A stretch of 64,000 bases of DNA, from assembly GCA_964188305.1 (NCBI GenBank), contig OZ076886.1. One strand, written 5' to 3'. Below the pieces are notes generated by a model. It was not told the origin of the DNA, did not search any database, and saw only the letters and a program-made list of their open reading frames with translations. Numbering within the stretch: the stretch's first letter is position 1; each line of letters begins with the position of its first letter. Positions 56,369 through 64,000 of the stretch are shown here, one piece after another. The position numbers were made by a program, and so were the translations under genes. The DNA is from Podarcis bocagei (taxonomy: Eukaryota).

Positions 56369-59300
56369 TAAAAACAAAAATTTGTTCAAAATGAGACCAG
56401 TCAGAGCTCCACAGAGGGAAAGGTGTACAGGGGTTGAGAGAGAGAAACAGGCCTGGCTGTAGCATGGAAGATACAAAACTATAGAAACTTCTCAATTAAA
56501 AAAAACTTGTACAAATAGTCCTAAGTATATAAATAAAACTAGCCGGTAAAATGAACTGAGACTGTGGGTTGCGGGCGGGCCAAGAACTCTCGCTGTGTCT
56601 GTGGCAAATGGAAGCACAGAAGAGTTGCCTTTCGAGAGTTCCCGGGAGCTTTGAATGACTTGAGTCAGAAACAGGGCAGAGGCATCGCTCAGAGTGCCAA
56701 ATGCATGTTTACAGGAGACTCGTTTGCATCCATGGCAAGCATGTGGTGGTGGTGTTTTTAAAGCAACAATTTAGCTGTTATGTTCCAATGTTATGATGAC
56801 GAACTTGGGTGTTAAAAAACACACGAGCCTGTAGCCTGCTGTAGACATGAACCAGCATGAGATGGGTATTTCTTAAGAGTGGGTGCCTATTGCTATCTGC
56901 TTTAAAGGCCATTTGCTACAGGGCAAGGCATCAGTGCAACCATCTGAACCACCAAGGGCGTATTGCTCCAGAGGAAAGTGCCGACAAGCTATGAACTTTG
57001 TCCCAAGGTATGGGGTGGATTGGGCCTTGCGTTAGCACAAAGCAGAGCTGGAATCCCCGCCAGAGCTTCCTCCTAGAGACGGGAAGGCGAAGCTGAAGAA
57101 CACCAAGTGCTCTGCAATCAAGAAAACCCTTTCTTTAAAAAACAAAATGTTATTCTGGTGCGATCCTAGCGAGTAAATTATTTCGAGGAAACACTTGTAA
57201 CTGACCCTCACTTCTTTTTTTGCCACTCAGAATGTTAGTAGCGTAAACTGTTTTAGCTCCTAGACAGACAAAAAGTGAGATTTCTGGAAGACGAAACGTT
57301 GACTTTTCTCCTTTTGCCCAACTCACAATCGCCAACAACTCTAGGGGTACTGCCTCTGACAGAGGAAATACATGGCAAAAACGGAAGCAGGAGGCCACAG
57401 TGCAACCTTGGGCCCTGCTGGAATAGAATTGGCTTGGAATACTATCTGCTTTATTTGCTAGCATGTTTGGTGTTGCCTCCACCCCACTGTCTGCTTTGAT
57501 GGTGCTGGGTACGTGTGTGTTTTGAGCTGAGGTATTGGTATTTGTCAAGAGCATCACTTCTGGATAGAAGAGGCTCCCCAAAGAGCAACAGCTGCTGTTT
57601 GACAGCCATTAGCTCAGAAGTGTCTTACTTGGCTGTGCAATCACTTTTGGGCAGCTTAGAGCAGCCATCCTGTATCATAGACAAACACATCCAGCTCCCT
57701 ATCCAGTGAGCCAGTACTAGAAATTCTAACAGCACAGCAATACCAAAAGTACTCTAACCCCACCAAATTTCGTTGACCTCTGCTCATTTTGATTCTGCAA
57801 GCCATAGCCCAAGGCAAAAAGTTCATTCCCTCAAGTATCTTTTGCTAACGGGATCGTTGCTAGTTCAGTTTGTTGTTTTGCAGTCACCACCTGCATAACC
57901 TGGGGCCAGTGGTTTCCTTTCTCTTATGGAAACCAAATTCCTGCAAACTCCGTATTTAGCTAGAGCCCCAGAGTATGGAGTCTGAAAGCCTGTTCATGGC
58001 AGGCTGGTTTAAAGGCAAGATCCCTTGTGCTGTGTCTTTTGACTGTTCAACTGCTCCTAGGGGGTCCAAATAAGTCCACTGTTTTGCTTCAGCGAGCCCT
58101 TTTAAAAATAAAAAGGCTGTTTTGAAAACCAACAATGGCTTATGCCATTCCTGGACTTCTAGGTGGAAACTTTGCAGCATTCATCACTTACGAATTCTTG
58201 CCATGCTTGGGGGTCTCACACTGAGGTCACAAAACTGTGCCCTACCTGCGGATCAAAGATTTCTGCTCAAGTTCAAAGAAACGAACTAACGCAGCGTCAA
58301 CACACTTTACAAAGGAATTTTTTTTTAAAGCAAAATGTGGTACATCTTAACAAAACTCCAGTAATTAGCAGCAACACAGGGGTTATTAAATTTTTTTTTA
58401 TAGACAAACATTTCTCTTCCACACACCTCCCCCCTTGAAACAAAGCAGAGGAGCCCAGAGGGTTTTCTAAGGGTGAGGTGGGGGAACTCGCCTCCCCTGG
58501 AGAAGGTGCAGTTTCCCGGTTCAGGATGTACAAATGAACTGCAAGTACATGTGAGGTAGATGTGTAGCTAAGAATGACAAAAAAAAACAACAACTGGAAC
58601 TGGTGTGCATAAAAATGAAGGGACGTTCTGAACCGGGTTTATTTTATTTTCCTCCCCCAAATAGCACCAACAACTTCCAAGGAGGACGGGGTTTTGATGC
58701 AAGCATGGAATCGGCAGGCAAAGAGTTTTGGATGGTGGAGCTTGTTTTTGTTTTAATAAAAAAAGATACCAGCATTTAGGAGAGACAAAGGTTTTGAGGC
58801 GCATCTACAGTCTACTCTACTAGGTCTCTTGAGGCAGCCAGCTGCTTCCTCTTCCTCTTCCAGCATGGTGGGAAGACTGGGTTGGGCAAGCGTGATGCAG
58901 GAGATGACAACAAGGGGGGTGGGCTGGTTTGTGCAGAGGGAAGCTGGGCCAGAGAAGAGCACAGAGGCCTTGTTGGGCATAGAGTGGGACAAGGCTGCAA
59001 GGTCATTCATTCACAAAGTGGGGAAGGAGCAGGTCGGGAGAGGCCTTTACTAGACGAAGTTTAAAGTGCAGGGACTGGTTCCCCCCACTGGCAGAATGGG
59101 ATAGGGGAAATCAAGGCACAAGATTAAAAGAAAAAAATCTAGCAGCTCAGAGGTCCATGCTCCTAGGGCCCAGGGTTTTTGCTTTTTTTGCCTTCGGTCC
59201 CTACGCTACACATGCACGCTTGCAAATCATGCTTTTGCGCAGTGGTCGATTCCTAGAGTGTAGGAAGGAGCGATGAGGATGTGAGCGGAAAGATCAGACC

Positions 59301-61524
59301 GCGACTTTGCTCATGAGAAAGCCACAGATCGGGCTTAAAGCAAAGGTGCTCCACGAAAGCAGCCAGGAGCCTTCCTAGCAGTTAGGAGCTGGCGTGGTCG
59401 GGGGGGGGGGGGGATGAGCGGTGCCATTCGACGGCTGGTCTCTGCAGCCCGTGGAGGATATTCTCGGATGTTTCTCCTAACTGCTAACCCTCCTTCCAGA
59501 CCTGGGACGATGGGGTCAAAGGGCCCCAAATGCCATGACTCGTTTGTCTGTCATAGGTGTCCCCCTCAGGAAAAGAAAAGCTAGGAAGTGCTTTAGGGAA
59601 GGTGTGGGGAGTGAGAACAGGGCTGAAGACCATGGGTAAGCTTTGCAGTGGCGAAATGTAGGGTCTCTATCTGGGCCCGCAGCACACAATCTCTCACGTC
59701 TGTGCACGTCCACCTTTCCCCCACTGCAATCTTACTTCCTCTCACACTGCATTAGCATCCAGCCTTACGCATACCCTAATTCTTCCCTTTACACCCTATC
59801 CTTTCTCCTTACCCACCCAGCCCTGGCCACAATCTCTCCCTTGCCTTCGCTACCCCTACCCTCGGCCTCCCTCTCGCGTCTTGTGTTACTTGCTGTTCTT
59901 AAACCAGTCCTTGCTTCCTTTCGGCATGGGACCGGGCCTTAATAGACAGCTGCATCTGGCTTAAGACTCGGCTCAGGTAGAAACCGCACTCCATTTTTGT
60001 TCGTTCTTTTAAAAAACGCAGAGTGTCACCAGGTTAACCCTAGGAGACCTTGTTTATATCTTTGGCAAACAAAAGAAAAATGTGGCAAAGAAGAGGTAGG
60101 GACATCGGCATGAACGCTTAGGTCGAAGCTGCTCCTGTCCTCCTCTGCTGGGTTTCGACAAACACAAATAACGTCTCCAGTCCCAAAGGCTGCCTTGATG
60201 CAAAATGGGACTCAAACTCTTCCCTTCTTTTGCGTTCCCTCCTCTCACCCCACTTCCACCATGAGCTGCCTCCTAGTCTAAATGAGAGAGCGACTGACCG
60301 GGGGGAGTGGGGAGGCTAGAATAGAGGGAGCTCTTAAACACACCGGAGGAGAAAGCAAATGAAACAAGTCTGCCAAACAACTATTTTTTAAGGATGAGAA
60401 GGAAGCATGGGCAACAGCTAAGCAATTTTCCCCGATCCAGAAAACTGGGGCAGTGGCTTAGGATGGCTCGTACGTGCAGAATCCTGCACTCAGAGCTGGA
60501 TGGAAGAGATTTGTAGGGGGTTGCCAGGTGTGTTGCTGTATGGCATCTGTTGAGTTTTGTGCTGCTGGCTGCCCACAGCAGCTCCTCTTGAACAAATGCA
60601 GAGAGACTTTCCGCAACGGATACGGCCTGTGAAATGCTGATCCTATAGTAAAGCCAAGTCTTTCGGGGCAGTGAGAGAGATGAAGGAACGCAGAAGTAAA
60701 ATGCAACTAGCCTAGGAAAACATTGCAACATTAGCTACTGCTGAGATGGAGGTCAACCTCAGTTTTGGGAAATGAAACTTATTTAATAATATAGCTGCAT
60801 GCCAGCCATGAAACACAGGCACACACATTGAAAAGACCATTCCCACAACATTCCAAAATGCACTCCTTTCTGAACTGGAATTTAATCCCGAAAAGATTCG
60901 CAATCCACGAAATCTGTGGCGTGCACAGCAACCCCACCAGGAAGGCTAAAGACTGCAGTCCCCGGTTTGAAAGCAGAAATTATTTCATGGAGGGTGATGC
61001 ACAGTCACTCTGAAACCAGCACTGAAGTATTTGTATCCATGATACCAGGAATTCCTTGCTTCCAAACCAGCTCTTGTTATAGATAACTAGTCACAAATGG
61101 CTATTGGGCAGTTTCAGGTGTATATGCATTTCTATGCACAATGAACACATCCAGCCAGTTCAGTAAGACCCAGATAAATATTGCATCCAGATGTACATCT
61201 AGATTAATATCTGCAACTGCATCCCTACGCACTTCACAATGCTGTTTCCATGCATGGAGCTCCCTTGATGGAGCTGTCAAACTTTGCTGTATTCCTTATT
61301 TCCCTAAACAGAATCTTATGCATCTTGACTTACTGAATTCATAGGACCTAGAGGATTGAACCTTTGGCTACAACTAACTTTTGCTGGACTGAGTTTATTT
61401 CTTTGTTTTATATTTTGTTAGCACTGCAGAGGTGGAACCAGAGCAGGGTCATAATCGAAACTGAATTAAGCTGAAAAAAGGGATTGTGGGAGTCCCATAC
61501 AGATACCATGTTTTGAGTGGGGTT

Positions 61525-61800
61525 TGTTTTCCTTAACCATGGTTTAAGTGTTACTTTACATCTGACTTCCTAAACCATGGTTATATGTTCCTTCTGCACT
61601 GAGCAAACCATGGTTAAGACAGTTTCTCCATCCTTCGGCCTGCAAGATGGCAAGCAGATCTTGCTGGTGTCTCATTATATACATGCCCTCCAGGGGCAGG
61701 TTAACAGAAGCTAACCATGGTTTCAGTATATTCTGAAATACTAATCAGAGGTGGCAGCAAGCCATGGTTAATGCGAACCATGTTTAAACATTATGTTTGC
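61525..61800. repeat. Cluster of palindromic AACCATGGTT motifs (old DNA-transposon-like repeat)
   Basis: At least five AACCATGGTT or AGCCATGGTT copies within about 270 bp. Confidence 0.55.
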
Positions 61801-64000
61801 ATTGAACCATTGTTAGAATTTAGTTCTAAGGACATGATTTGGAAGATGATCAAGACTTTTACATGGCCATGTGCATCTTACCTACATGGGCTGAATAAAT
61901 CACATCCTTGGCCACCAGCATCGAATGTCTATATCTAGTGTATTTCAAGCTTTGCTAATTTATCCAAGTTTATCCATTAAAACTTTGTTATCAAAAGCCT
62001 TATATAAAACGGTGATTAAAATAACCAATATAGGAGGGGAACATAATTTCATGCTCACATGCTTAATTGATTCTTGGTATGCAATAAATCAGACGCAAAT
62101 CTAAGAGAAGGCTCAATTTTCACAAATCTCCATGCTCCTTTTTTCTCTTCTTTCAAAACCTGGGATTCTCTAAGCAGTTACGTACTACCATTTGCCTGAA
62201 ATCCCAACACATCTGATCATGTTGGACAAGCAGAACCCGCAAGGAAATTATCCTGCGCAAGCTGTATTAAAATTAACGGCAGTGGCAGAAGTGCTCCTGT
62301 GAAGCTTCTAGCCGTGTCAATCCAAACAAAACTTCCTAATGGATCAGTGTGATCCAGAGGGATTGCATAGAGGACTCGGGCGAAAACTTGGAAAGTGGTT
62401 TCTGATGCTGTGCAATGTATTTTATTTTGGGCGGTGGGAGTGGGATATCAGGAAATCTGGTGCAAGAATGGAAATGTTGGTGCAGACCAAAAGTATTATT
62501 TGGGTTGCTGTCCAGATTTGGAGCACACTAGAAAACCAATTAATTGAGCCCGAATCTTTTTACAGCTTGATCTAAGGAACTGCTGTGGCTGGCACAAGTT
62601 GGGTGTGTCATATGCTACACCGAAACTACGTTTTTGAATGCTGTGGTCTGCTGGCACCCAAATGAAGTAAAGACCGAGTTGCGAAAAAATAAGACTACCA
62701 GCTCTCATTTCCTGGAAACTGCCACTTGGGTAACAGGACAATGATGTGCGTAGGGGAGGAGTTGTTCTGCACCCATATCTCTATGGTGCGGTGCGCTTTT
62801 GGCCATTTGAGTGGAATATTGTGACAGGCAAAGTTCAACAGAAACACAAGACACCTTTTGCTGATTAATTTTGGCCTAAATCTCTTCCCCCTACTCAGTC
62901 GGCTGTTAGGCCTCACCCTGCAGAAGTCAGTTTAGCCCCTGCCGAAAAGCTTTCAGCGATGAAGGTGTGTGGGGGCCCTCTGCCCAAATGAAGGCACTTC
63001 AGTTTAGCTCAGCACCTTGGGGTAAATTGTCAGCTGAATTTGATTCAGTCTAAGCTCCAGGCCGGGGAAGGGGCACAAAAACAGCATTCTGGGAATCGAC
63101 TGATGTTACAAGCAGCGATTCTGCTTGCTTATAACGAGACCTCTCCCTTGCCGATATCTGAGGTATTAAATGGGGGTGCCTCAGTCCTGCGTTGCCACCA
63201 ATTAAGGGTGCAAATTTGGGGGGGGGGTGGCTGAGGAGGACAGACAACAAAGAAGCGTATGACTTAGGAGCTATGCAAGGCGGGTGGGTGTACTGAACCC
63301 TTATCTTTCCAAAAACCTCAAACACTCCTGTTAGGGAAGAAAACCTGATCCCACTTAACAGTCAGGACAAAGTACAAATCCTTTAAAAAGAAAAGAAAAT
63401 ACCAATGTCCTGAGAAATGCAAAATTAAAAACAAAGGGGAAAAAGCCCAGTTCTGCAGGGATACCTTCTCCCAATGCCATCCTACATGTGCTGTGCATAC
63501 ACACAGAAACACACACACACAAACACACACACTTCCACGCTCTCAATCCCTGGCTCACATGACACCCGTATGGCCTCTGCAATTAAGTCCTCCCTGATTG
63601 TCAGCTGCATAAGAGCTATTTCGTCAAAGGTATGAGTTGGGCATCAAGAAAGGAGGAGGGGGAAAAGGTTTCTCATGATCACATCTGGAGGGGGGGTGGG
63701 AAGCGGGAAGCAACATCTAAAAACAAGGTGGAAAGGGTCAGCTTCATGCCAGCTGGGCTGATTTTATGGTGGAAGAGAGGATAAGTCTTTTAGCACCATC
63801 TGGTTGGGAAAAAGCAGGGGGGGATTTGGGGGGGGGGAGAAAATGGAGAGAAAACATGCAGAGGTGGTCTAAAGCACTTGGTACCTTTGAAAGGCTCTCC
63901 AGGGAAACGCGCTGTAGGAAGGGCTGGATTATTGCACATAGTCTCCTGCTATTGCGAATCTGGGGAGCCAGCAACCAAGGGCTTGTTTTTTTTGGGGGGG

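Larger units (their letters stand above)
56345..64000 (-). other. Probable long 3' UTR of a convergent gene (RBMS2 by synteny; no coding exon seen in the window)
   Basis: Repeat-poor, A-run-rich on + (U-rich on -), ending in a poly(A) signal. In human, RBMS2 lies tail-to-tail with BAZ2A. Gene identity is inference. Confidence 0.5.

Noticed and set aside
55896-56462. 188-aa ORF on the + strand between the two 3' ends
   Set aside because: It has a non-ATG start and no recognisable homology, and it runs through the minus-strand poly(A) region; most likely a chance ORF.

Overview
This is eukaryotic DNA from a squamate reptile, most likely a lacertid lizard, judging by its repeats: Sauria SINEs, BovB, tRNA/CR1-tail SINEs, Penelope elements, and Tc1/mariner and hAT MITEs. 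The window holds one complete protein-coding gene on the + strand, BAZ2A (TIP5, the large subunit of the NoRC chromatin remodeller). It has a CpG-island promoter at about 10.0-11.5 kb, a probable non-coding exon 1 ending at 10443, 28 coding exons from 18063 to 50335, and a 3' UTR of about 4.1 kb ending near 54445. All introns are GT-AG and the exon phases join into one 5283-nt frame (1760 aa plus stop) containing TAM/MBD, AT-hook, DDT, WHIM, PHD and bromodomain regions. From about 56350 to the end, the sequence looks like the long 3' UTR of a convergent minus-strand gene, probably RBMS2 by synteny (inference only). The most interesting signals are: (1) a young, TSD-flanked Penelope-derived perfect 78-bp hairpin in intron 2 carrying an intact minimal hammerhead ribozyme antisense and a disrupted copy sense; (2) apparent loss of AT-hook 3 by CpG decay; (3) a nested uORF and start-stop element in exon 1; (4) a MITE carrying an array of GC-rich hairpins; (5) inverted MITE pairs flanking a frame-preserving block of exons; (6) miR-99/100 and miR-133 seed sites in the 3' UTR. 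Comparisons with human BAZ2A are from memory, not from a database search. No clearly new biological system could be established from sequence alone.
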